From NCBI GenBank assembly GCA_951406725.2, contig OX597820.1, positions 125,922,001 to 125,986,000 of the forward strand: a DNA stretch of 64,000 nucleotides, read 5' to 3'. Made by a program: the position numbers and the translations under genes. The notes under the pieces are model-generated. The model was given only the letters and a program-made list of their open reading frames with translations, had not been told where the DNA came from and searched no databases. The first letter of the stretch is position 1; every line of letters starts with the position of its first letter. Below are positions 1 through 11,290 of the stretch, piece after piece. The DNA comes from Octopus vulgaris. Taxonomy: Eukaryota.

Positions 1-215
1 AGTACTACTTCCAAAGCGATGAGAAGTTTTATTTGAGGAATATTTACCCTCTACGCGTCTAACACATCGATTATTTTCACAGAGGTCATCTTACACTGGG
101 AGAAATATTATGAAGTATCGCTGTATGAAGAAAGCAAGACAAATGATATTCTCTGAGAGCATAAAACTGGTCTCTTTTTTCTCTCTCTCTCTCTCTCTCT
201 GTCACTCTCTCTCCC

Positions 216-282
<67 letters not shown>

Positions 283-414
283 CTCATAATCTATCCATTT
301 ATCTATCTTCATATATATATATATAGATAGATAGATAGATAGATAGACAGACAGATAGATAGATATCAGCACATATACATACAAAAACAAATGCATATAC
401 ATACATACATATAA

Positions 415-458
<44 letters not shown>

Positions 459-909
459 TTGTGTGTATGTATGTATGTATGTATGTATGTATACGTATAT
501 ATTTTATTTATGGGATAACAAGGATAACAGTGATTTTATGTAGGGAGGAATTTCTTAATAATCAAACCTTCTGCATAGGAACGTTGGTACTCGTATCCGT
601 TATGGATGAGAAAAGACGAAATTATACGAGCATATGCAGGATTTTTAGGGAAGTATACATACATATAATGTAAGGTCATTTATAAGGAAACCTTAACAGT
701 TGTTTACCTTGCATTGCTCCTGGGATCTTCACAGGGAACAGCGCTGAGCATGAATTTATTAATTACTTGAGAACACTCGTTTACCTACAAATGTACAAAT
801 GCACAAGCGTGGGAACCCGCACGACCTGAATAATATGTGCACTCGCACAGACACACACACAGATGCTCAAGCACGCACAAATACACACACATATATATGT
901 ATATACATA

Positions 910-1075
910 TCTTCTCTTCTCTGGATCTTTCCTTCTCCTATATTTCCGACGAAGAGCTCCGCTCGAAACGTTAAACCCTCCTTCTTTCCTTCTTTCCTGA
1001 GCGTCCAATTATACTATATTTGTTCCACGTCCTCGCGTTGTTGTGTTTGTTTGTGCTTTCATGTTTGGATTAACT
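910..1075 (+). mobile_element. Penelope-like pLTR remnant with a degenerate minimal hammerhead (943-975)
   Basis: TTT-CCGACGA-A-GAGC(tcc)GCTC-GAAA-CG-TT-AAA follows type I hammerhead topology with U4>C; embedded between (TA)n tracts. Confidence 0.55.
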
Positions 1076-1091
1076 TTATATACATATATGT

Positions 1092-1135
<44 letters not shown>

Positions 1136-1649
1136 TCATATCTATAAGAGGGAGGATGTGTGTGCGCGTGTGTGTGTGTACATGATTGTGATATATGCAC
1201 GTCCACAAATTAGCACGCATGTCGCTCAAATTTTAGGAGAACATTTGTCAACATCCTATCAGGGTTTTGTCAACTTTTTTTCCGAGGCACCCGTGGGTAG
1301 CGTAAATATCTATTCTCAGACATAGCTTTTAGCCACGAAAAATATCAGCCTTGGCTTTTTTCATTACGTGTAACACAAAAAAATTAGATAAAGAAAAGTG
1401 GAAGAAGGAGGCAGAGAGTTTCACGGGAAAGACAAAATGAGAGAGGGAGAGACAGAGAGAGAGAGAGTAAGTTATGACGTTCATAAAAAATAAAATGTAA
1501 AATGTTTTCTTTTTTGTTTTTGAAAGACACTAGATTTTACAATCATAGTATATATACTTTAGTGAAAATCGTGGGAGTGTTAATCTACAAATTTAACAAC
1601 ATTTTTTCCATTCATTTCTGTTTATGAACATGTATGCGTGCACAAAACA

Positions 1650-1860
1650 TGCAATAGGTGTACGTACGTGTGTGTGTTCGTGTCTGATGCCCATATATAT
1701 GTATATTATATTATATATATATAATATATATAATATAACTAATTTCAACTGATTTCGCCCAAATTTGACGTCTACATTACTTAGTTTTGTTTGAAATAAA
1801 GAACTTGATTAGCTTAATAATCGTAACTTAATCCCGGGCAAGGCCGGGTAATACTGCTAG
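1650..1860 (+). mobile_element. Non-autonomous Helitron 3' end (degraded)
   Basis: CCCGG-gcaagg-CCGGG hairpin followed 8 nt later by CTAG|T at 1857-1861; 5' end not defined. Confidence 0.5.
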
Positions 1861-1908
1861 TATATATATATATTATATATATATATATATATACGTGTGT
1901 GTGTATAC

Positions 1909-2009
<101 letters not shown>

Positions 2010-2013
2010 TATG

Positions 2014-2058
<45 letters not shown>

Positions 2059-2334
2059 TGTACATGTACGCATCCCACCTATTTGTAAACTATGGAAATA
2101 TTTACAAACCATTTCTTTTTAATTTTTTTCTTCAATTTAATTGATTTTCTTCTTATTTAATCTTCATCTTTGTTTTACTCTTAGGCGAAAAATCAAAAAG
2201 ACAGAAACCAGTAGTAACCATTACAAAATGTATTTCGTGGTAAAACTATTTTTGCAATTTCTACCTTACATTCTTTTCAACTACTGTGTTACTTTTCATC
2301 AGACTGATAAATAGATAGATAGATAGATAGATAT

Positions 2335-2420
<86 letters not shown>

Positions 2421-3119
2421 TGATTGATTGATTGATATGAGGTAAGGACCACATGAATATGAATTGAAATTCTTAATCCTTGGCCTTACTGTGACCCTTT
2501 CTAATGTGCGTGTCGTTTTCGTTACAGTGTTGGAATTATATTCGTGAGGTCCTGCATTCGAATTGTGAACCAGGCATTGCATTGTATCTTTGAGCTCGTT
2601 GCTGCAATCTATTCAACTCAAAATGGGTACAAGCAAACTGATGCTGCTGCTTTATCCGCTTCAGGGCGTCACATACTCAATATCCTGTTGGGACAATGGT
2701 CGAGGATGTCGAGAGCTTGCCTGTGTTTACTTGTGAACAGATAGACTCTTAAACAACTGAGGAAATCGTGGTAAGAGCTAGTAGAATTTATTCGATAGCC
2801 ATTTGATATATACGAACGTGTATGAATGTTTTAAGATACGTCTGCCAATGTCTGTCTATTGTGTGTTGATGAGTATATGTTTGCTTTTATGTACTAGTAG
2901 CTCTGCAAATATCACGTAGCAGTTGATAGATAAATAATAAAATGGAGAATTTCATACAAAAAAATCATCCAGCCAGATATTTAATAGACGAAGAACAGAT
3001 AAGCAACCTTGAGACTGCCGCTAATACAATGTTCCTATGGCATAACAAAGATAGCATAAAATGTTTCTAGAAAACTGCGACGTTTTCCAAGATAAAGTAT
3101 TTTTGATGATTAGAATAAA

Positions 3120-3360
3120 AAGAATATAGGAATTCGCTTTATGGTCAATATTTATCTAGAGAGATTTCCAAGGAAAATCAAAATGTATTTATGCTATGTT
3201 AAAAGCAATTTGCTGCATAACAGCCATAACAGTTGGATGCTTTATGTAGTGTATTAAAACCAGTAAATATATTTCAACAATACAGTTTGCTGATAAGAAA
3301 TACATATATCCCATTGATGAAATAATATTTTCTGTTTAACGATATTACCTACACTTAAGA
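3120..3360 (+). pseudogene. Possible adenain-like (Polinton maturation) protease remnant
   Basis: Frame from 3123 reads NIGIRFMVNIYLERFPRKIKMYLCYVKSNLLHNSHNSWMLYVVY*NQ*IYFNN, spaced like F.G.F..D.LP.KI...C.I.N....G.HW......YFDS. The catalytic residues are not intact. Confidence 0.3.
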
Positions 3361-3777
3361 GATTAGACATATGCGTGTATGTATGCTGAAGTTTATATAT
3401 ATATATATATGTATATATATATACGTACATACAAACATACATATATTTACACCTACGAATACGTATATATATATATGTATACATATAAATATGCGTTTAT
3501 GTGTATACGATGATGGAATCTCGCGTCATGTCAAAAAGAGTGTATGTGTGTATTTATGTATGTACATATTTATATATACATATATATATATATATACATG
3601 GATACACACATACACACACATATATACATAGGTACATACATACATATATGTGTATATGTTTATATATATATACATATATATGTACATATATATATATACA
3701 TACACACTCATATATATAATACATACACATATGAATGTACACACAAGTATAAATGCATTATAACTATATATTCATAA

Positions 3778-3810
<33 letters not shown>

Positions 3811-3813
<3 letters not shown>

Positions 3814-4075
3814 TTGTTGTGTGGAAGGTGTTTATAAGCAATTTAAAAACACACAAAAACTGTTAGATTCACTTCGACATTTAAATTTAATTTGCCAAAA
3901 TATTTTCGTCGCTTTGAGACCGCGACCTGTTCATTGACAAAATTCCGTGTATATTTCTGCGTGTGTAAGAATTTGGGCACATATATAATAGTAGAGAGAG
4001 AAAAAATAAATTCATGTGTGTGTGTGACTAAAAGTGTGAATTTATAAATTAATGAATAATGTTCCTTCAAACTGG
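3811..4075 (-). mobile_element. Penelope-like pLTR remnant with a degenerate hammerhead (3891-3941)
   Basis: Minus strand: TTTGTCA-ATGAACA-G-GTCGC(9 nt)GCGAC-GAAA-ATAT-TT-TGGCAAA; stems I and II pair; adjacent to (TA)n. Confidence 0.55.
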
Positions 4076-4345
4076 ATAAATACCAAGTATGTATGTAGAT
4101 GTGCGTTCATGGATATTTGTCTGCGTACGTGCGTGTGCACCTGCTTCGTTTTTTAAAAAATATATGAATATTTGTAAATGTGTTTTCCTTGAGGGCGTAT
4201 CTACTCCAGTATTTTACTCTCCTACTCTTTCCCTCATTTTATCAATCTCTCTCCCTCTTTCTCTCTATCTCTCTCTGTATCGATCTATCTATCTATATAC
4301 ATAAACATATGAAAAATTTTGCTATGTATATATACGTATATTATG

Positions 4346-4435
<90 letters not shown>

Positions 4436-4704
4436 TGTGTGTGTATATATATATACATTGCAACGTTTTGATCACATTCATACAAATTTGTTTTCGCCTA
4501 CTGTACTAGTCTCGCTCCTTTTGCTACGAATTCAGCGAGATAGCAATTTCCTTCTGTAAAGCATTATCGAGAAGAGAAACTGAGAAAATGTATATACAAC
4601 AAATAGTGTAACAACATTAATATAATGGCTTTTGTGTTTTTTCATAAATATGAAATAGTAAAAGAAGAGTATTGACATAACTTACACAAAATATATTCCT
4701 ACTT

Positions 4705-5346
4705 TCATGTCAGTAAAATTGTCATAGAAACATTTTTCAGCTGCCTCTGAGTGAATCCGTGATGGTTATCGTTAAAATTTCTATTCTATGTAATTCCTTT
4801 GATTTCTTCTCGTATGGAATAAAGGTTTTGTTTGTTTGACCGAAGAATACATTTAAATGTGTGAGTTTTTAACTGACTCAAAATATAAAGCGCTAGATAA
4901 AGAGATATATTTCTTTTCCGTTTTGATTCGTCACATTCTTCACTGAAATGAAATCCCACACTATAAATGCCATCATGCCCACCTTTTAAATATGCTTCGT
5001 ATTTTGTCCACAGAATCGATATTTAACCGAACGTGAAAGTCTGAGTTCTTATAAAACTTTATATTAATATCATTTAAAAATTTTGTCGAATCTTCCTTCC
5101 TCAGAGGATTAATCCTAATATATTCAAAAGATTATCTACTATTCAAGAAATATGCCTTAAATCTCAGTGAAAAAGAATTAATAAACGACACTAGGTTATT
5201 ATCTTTTCACTGCTAATATACTTTAAAAGGTGTGAACTTCACAAAAATCTATCTTTCTTCCGACTAAAATATTAACAATTTTTGCTTAGGGAAAAATGAT
5301 TTGAATAAATTGTTTTCATGAAATCTTTTAGAAACTTGTATTGCAT
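4705..5346 (-). pseudogene. Polinton/Maverick minor capsid (penton)-like pseudogene, copy 1
   Basis: One frame reads KHI*KVGMMAFIVWDFISVKNVTNQNGKEIYLF...KTFIPYEKKSKELHRIEILTITITDSLRG, then after a shift LKNVSMTILLT*; upstream VDNLLNILG. Resembles penton C-terminal motifs (I.CD.I...NG; Y.P....I..I.I.ITD..G). About 210 codons. Confidence 0.45.
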
Positions 5347-7575
5347 CCAAACCCTATAGACTTGTCTTTGTCGCTCGAAAAAATTAACAATGATAGAAAG
5401 GGGAGTTTTGAAGCCCTTGCCTTTTTGAAGTTTATTTGAAAATGTGGGATGCATTAATTTGAATGAAAGTTTTAAATCGCATTGATCCGGTTTATTCCCA
5501 TATTCTAAATGCCGATCTTTAGAAAGGCAACTCATCGTTAGAACGTATTCCAATACAATACTTATGCCAACTTTACCCAGATGAATTTTAAACGATTTTA
5601 AAATATTTTAATATGAATTTCCACAGGAATTGAAAGTACATTATTCAGCTTGTGTGCATCATATCATAGTCTTGTATTCTAGTATTTCAATAGCTTAATC
5701 AAGCATTTCAAACTTTCTACGTTTCTATATTACTGGTATCTATTTTGATTAAGCGCCAAACAATTTACGTTATAAGCTAACTCACTAACTAAAAAGTAGC
5801 CTTTATTATATTTTAAAGGTTTAACATTTTAAGCAGCATTGGTATCTTTGTATAAATATATGTATTTCATAAACTAGCACTCATGACTTCCGACCCACCT
5901 GTAATTTTGGACCATGGTTGATCTACTGACAATATTAACTACCATTCGACCAACTACACTGGTGTAGATATTACCAAGCAGCACAAAATTCAAAATCTGT
6001 GATAAGAGACGATGTCAAAACCTCTGCGTGATCACTAGATCCGCTAGAAATTGCTGCCAAATTGCCTTCAAGTCACACCCAACAATGATTCACGAGGACA
6101 TGGTGTGGAGGCACATGGCCTATTGGTTAGAGCAGCGGACTCGCGGGTTCGAATCTCAGACCGGGCGATGTGTGTGTTTATGAGCGAAACACCTAAGCTC
6201 CACGCGGCTCCGGCAGAAGGTAATGGCGAAACTTCTGCTGACTCTTTCGCCACAACTTTCTCTCACTCTTTCCTCCTGCATCTTGCAGCTCACCTGCGAC
6301 GGACCGACGTCCCGTCCAGATGGGGAACCTATACGCCGAGAAACCGAGAAACCGGTCCTTATGAGCCAGGCATGGCTCGAGAAGGAACAAACAAACAAAA
6401 ACATGACGACACGGTGTGATGAGACACGGTAGGTTATAATTTAAGACGCTAGGATCTGATTTAGATAATGTAGTCGTAGATATAGTATATCTAACTAAAG
6501 ACAGGGAGGGATTACATTTTGCAAGCATTAATTAAACAGATAGGATAATAATATTCATCCCAGTTTTATCAATCGAGCCATATTTGTATAGAATGGTGAG
6601 GAAGCATTTATTAAGGTATCGGTGAGGATATAAAAATCGAAATCCAATGCTGCCTATCAAGTACTTTGTTAAATTGTCACTATTTTTAATCTCATGCATC
6701 ACTCATCAAGCAACGGAATTTCTAAGCAAGGTACAGTTTGTTGCAGAGTTAATAATCTTATTCACTGAAGTAAAACAATATTATTAGAATATTTTTTAGT
6801 GGTATGAGGTTCCTGGTACACAGATCCCATTCTAATTATAAGAAAATATAAGTTAGAAAAAGAGGATACACTTTATGATTAAAATATTTCGCAAATGTTC
6901 TTCATATATATTTCACAGTTTCGGAAAGTGGCATAAAGAATCAAGTTTTTCTATTTAACCACATTTCAATTACACTTGTATTAAATAGATGAAATTAATA
7001 TTTTGCGCACGTTAGAAAGTATAAGTGTTGTGTACAGCAGAGGGTATTTGGAACTTTGTGGGCCATGAGATCCAGCAATTCAAACTCTTAGCTGCAATAT
7101 AGGAATCTATCCAACACTTGCTGGGTTTCTTTTCATGAATCTCGTACTTACATTTGAATGACAATAGGAAATCATGAGAGATACTCTTTCACTTTCAAGT
7201 TGAGTTTGGTAACAGCTATCTATCATGCGTCGTTTATTTTTCAAACAGATTTTGTACAAGTAAACTAAAATAATGACTATGAGTAAGTAGACTTGAGTAA
7301 CCTTTGACGACCTATACTATTTCGTGTCAAAGTTTAACTATCTGATTGGATATTAATCTTTTCAAAAATTTATGTAAGAAATATTACAAGAAAATATATA
7401 CAGTAACATGTTCCAAAGAAGCCTTTGTGCATTAGATTTGTACTAACTTTAACCACAAAGAAACTAACAATGAAATAAAATAGATTTCTAATGCGTGTTA
7501 AAAGTGGTTGGCACTTTGAGTGCTTAGCTACTTCAGAGAAAAATTGTTCTTCCTCGTAAATGAAAAATATCATTT
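5347..7575 (-). pseudogene. Polinton/Maverick major capsid-like pseudogene, interrupted by SINEs at ~5990-6540
   Basis: FLKRLISNQIVKL*HEIV*VVKGYSSLLT (7368-7282), FAKYFNHKVYPLFL..LEW (~6895-6825), VNCLALNQNRYQ (~5770-5733) and YVLTMSCLSKD...DQCDLKLSFKL...PLSIIVNFFER (ORF 5272-5553) occur in the order expected for a Polinton MCP. Confidence 0.45.
6105..6400 (+). mobile_element. tRNA-derived SINE with V-domain-like core
   Basis: A box TGGCCTATTGG, B box GGTTCGAATC, core CCTGCGACGGACCGACGTCCCGTCCAG, (CAAA)n tail; imperfect flanking repeat acgaggacatggtgtg / atgacgacacggtgtg; second copy at 29118-29281. Confidence 0.75.
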
Positions 7576-7975
7576 AAATAAGTCGGATGCAAAAATAAAA
7601 CGAACTTATATAACATAATGTATTTGTATAGAATTTGTATAGAATTCATATAGAATATATAAAGAATATATAAAGAATAAATAATTGCATTCCAGCTGTA
7701 AGATATAGAATAGTTACCTGATTTAACATAGCTGGAGAAATTGCTCTTAAAATTTTCCTTTCAACCCTTTCAAATGCTTTTACATCTCAGTAATACTTAA
7801 ATCATAAAGGGGAAAAATATATAAATACATTCTTCTTTAAATTATATTTTAAAACGTATATTGAATCAGACTGAAGCTTCACTTCAGCGTATTATTACTG
7901 AATAATTATAGTATTTATAAGACAGTTAAGTTTATTCCTTATACATCCTACATATACATACACAGACACACACAC

Positions 7976-8042
<67 letters not shown>

Positions 8043-8178
8043 CATGCATTCATATATGTATATCTATATAAATATATACACATGTATGTGTACATATATA
8101 TGTATGTGTGTTTGCACATTTGTATATGTATATATTATATATTTGAGCGCGTATGTATGTATATATATATATATACAT

Positions 8179-8237
<59 letters not shown>

Positions 8238-8999
8238 TCTATATATATACATACATACATACATACATACATACATACATACACACATACATACATACAT
8301 ACATACATACATACACACATACATATACACACTTCGACATGACGTTTAATCATCATCAGCATCTCCATCACAATCATCATCGTCGTCATCACATCATCTG
8401 CAGCACCATTATAATCATCATTGCTGTCGTTGATTTTTATGTACGACAGTTGATTGAAAGCGAGTTTGTCACGTTGACAGGAAGGTGACTGAGATTATTA
8501 TTCTATAGTTAAAATGACGTTAAAGAATTCTTCATCTCTCCCCACCTTCTCTCTCTCTCTATCTCTCTCACTCTCTCTCTCTCCCTTGTTTCTACTACTT
8601 TTTCCTAAGGTATTTTGTCATACCTCACATCCTACTTTTATATTTTCTTCCCACCTCTCTTTCCTTATATTTGGACCTTTCTATTTCATTATCATTTTCT
8701 GTGCGTTTATTTCTTTTTTTTTTTCAATTTATCTTTTTATTATTTTTTTATACCGTATCATATAAGTATATAAGTACATGAAAATATATTGCTAATGTTC
8801 ATCAACACACACAAAAACATATCAAGGTATATGTGTGCACGCGCGCGCGCGTGTGTGTGTAACTATACGTATAGATGTAGCTATAGTGATAGCTGGCAGG
8901 CTGTAAATTTGGTTTCTCAAGGCGATTTCAGGTTCAAGAAACACCGGTTTCGCTCTAGGGTGATTTCCGCTTCGCTTTAGATGGAGTTATAACTATAAC

Positions 9000-9480
9000 A
9001 ATTATTGTTGGCCCTCACAGTTTCTGGATTAATGTGAGTGAAGTTGTTTCCAATATATCACTCATTAATCCGATGTCCTTTCTTTCTAAGCCGGCTTGAT
9101 ATACCTGTATTTTCTTTTGTCCTAGAATTGAAGCAAAACATATCCTTTCTTATACCTCTGTTGGTCTTAAGCAAAAATTAATCCTCGACGACTATTGCAT
9201 TTATTTTGTTTGTCTATTCTTTTTATGACACCTGTAAGAAAGCATGAGAAATGGGAGTAATAGACCTGCAATCAGAGTCTTCGTTCACCGTTAGGAATAT
9301 TTCTATATGGTGATAAGTGCCGATGCTTTTCATATCTCCAGGAAGTTGTCAAGAATTACATGTCATTGAAAAAGTCCGTGACTTTGCGGATTCCATAATC
9401 TTGTGGTGCATTTAACATATTACTGTAACTGAACTTGGAGATTTACCATTTCTCATTTAATGTTATGTTCAATCTCAAAA
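9000..9480 (-). mobile_element. Degraded RTE-type LINE reverse transcriptase fragment
   Basis: MRNGKSPSS (cf. MKNGKAPGPD) and DCRSITPISHAF...KINAIVVED*F..KTNRGIRKDMF (cf. YR.ISL.SHA.K...E.QFGF...KGTR.AIF). Confidence 0.45.
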
Positions 9481-9631
9481 TTTAAAATGTTAGATGATGA
9501 AAGCCTTTCAGACCTTTCATTACCGAACAGGTCTCCTGTATATCTGTGTTTATACAGTAAGTAACCTTCGCCATGTTGCGGTTCACCTATCGCGGTTTAT
9601 TATTTATACTTCTTTTCCTCTGTGGTTAATT

Positions 9632-9683
<52 letters not shown>

Positions 9684-9722
9684 TGTATGCATGTATGTAT
9701 GTATGTATGTATGTATGTATGT

Positions 9723-9814
<92 letters not shown>

Positions 9815-9834
9815 GTAACACGCTGGGAAAACAC

Positions 9835-10144
9835 TGGTTTTCTATATGGAAACCTTACCTGTCATTGTGATTTTCTGGCATGAAGTAAAGCAGGCTTTGC
9901 CGTTCACTGAAAGACACACAGTAAAAGCTCCACAAGCACTTGAGCAAACTGAGTCCGCAACTTGTTCCATTTGTCAACATGTTTGTAGGGCACAAGCAAG
10001 CCGCAAGAGACAGGTTCGTGTCCATAGGTCATGATTACTGCTTTACTTTATTGAAGTCTCATTTGACGTTCATGACGAAGGAATCCTTCATAATCATCAT
10101 CATCATCATCATCATTCATCATCATCATCCATCATCATCATCAT

Positions 10145-10150
<6 letters not shown>
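9835..10150 (+). mobile_element. RTE-type LINE 3' end
   Basis: ORF end TCSICQHVCRAQASRKRQVRVHRS* is a decayed terminal C2H2-like motif; short UTR then (ATC)n tail. Confidence 0.5.
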
Positions 10151-10198
<48 letters not shown>

Positions 10199-10777
10199 TG
10201 GGTTGTACAATACCTTAGATCTATGTATGAGCAAGTAGTAAAACCACTTGAAGGAATCCAGCATGTATAATCTTGTGAATAGAGATTGATTGTGAAAATG
10301 TCTAACAACCGATCCACTAACACAAAACCAGTGGTTGAAATATAACGTTATGTCACATATTGCTCTCGCTTATCACTGGATATTTAATTAGGACTATTCG
10401 GAGAGTATCGTTCTTCTCGCACAAGAATATGTTCCAGCATAATGTCACATAAAAGGCGGCCATATATGAAAAGAGGAGTCGAATTTGTATGTGTGTGTGT
10501 ATGTGTGTGTGCATGTGTGAATGTGATTGAATGTGTCTGCGTGTGTACACGCGTGTCTATTCATGTATATAATGTTTAAAATTGTGATGGTGCGTTAAAT
10601 TGAATTAAACAATGGGTCCTCTTCCACCGACTAAATCTATTCAGAACGCACTCCGTCATGGCCACATTCCATTGACTAAAACCATTGAAATATGTAAATA
10701 ATTATAATAAAACAGTAAAAAAATATATTTGTAAAAATGATAAAACGCCGTCATTTGCAAGCGAATTCGACCTAATA

Positions 10778-11014
10778 CCTATTTCTTTATTACCCACAAG
10801 GGACAAACAAGGACTAAACATAGAGGGGACAAACAAGGACAGACATAGGTATTAAGTCGATTATATCGACCCCAGTGCGTTACTGGTACTTAATTTAATG
10901 ACCCCGAAAGGATGAAAGGCAAAGTCGACCTTGGCGGAATTTGAACTCACAACGTAACGGCAGCCGAAATACCACGAAGCATTTCGCCGGCGCGCTAACG
11001 TTTCTGCTAGCTCG
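10778..11014 (-). mobile_element. tRNA-derived SINE, family A
   Basis: High similarity to copies at 42990, 50645 and 60479; B-box-like GAGTTCAAATTCC; core GCCTTTCATCCTTTCGGGGTC; flanking direct repeat TCGACCTAATA at 10767-10777 and 11012-11022. Confidence 0.85.
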
Positions 11015-11049
11015 ACCTAATAGCTTATACCATGTTCTTCATTAATTGC

Positions 11050-11290
11050 TGTAGGTGTTGACATAATTGTGAGCCGGCATTTACATCCTCTCATCCTTCG
11101 TTCTGTTCGTGGCTCAGCGGAACATCGAGGTTGTGACATGTGGAGGTCACAGAGTCCTCACCAGCATTTGGCTGGTACTCATTTAAAAGTGAAGTATTTT
11201 GCTGAATGATGCCACAAGCCATCAACCCAGGAATTGAGACCAGGACCTTATGTTGTGAGCCCAATAGCACTATCCATTCGGCCACGTACT
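11050..11290 (-). mobile_element. Old tRNA-derived SINE
   Basis: Minus-strand head GTGGCCGAATGGATAG...GGTCTCAATTCC with A/B-box-like motifs; diverged body. Confidence 0.45.

Noticed and set aside
690-740. Possible minus-strand hammerhead near CTGTGAAGATCC...TAAACAACTGTT
   Set aside because: Both core boxes are broken and stems are not convincing.
6105-6165. tRNA gene
   Set aside because: A and B boxes are present but there is no complete cloverleaf, and the sequence continues into a SINE body.
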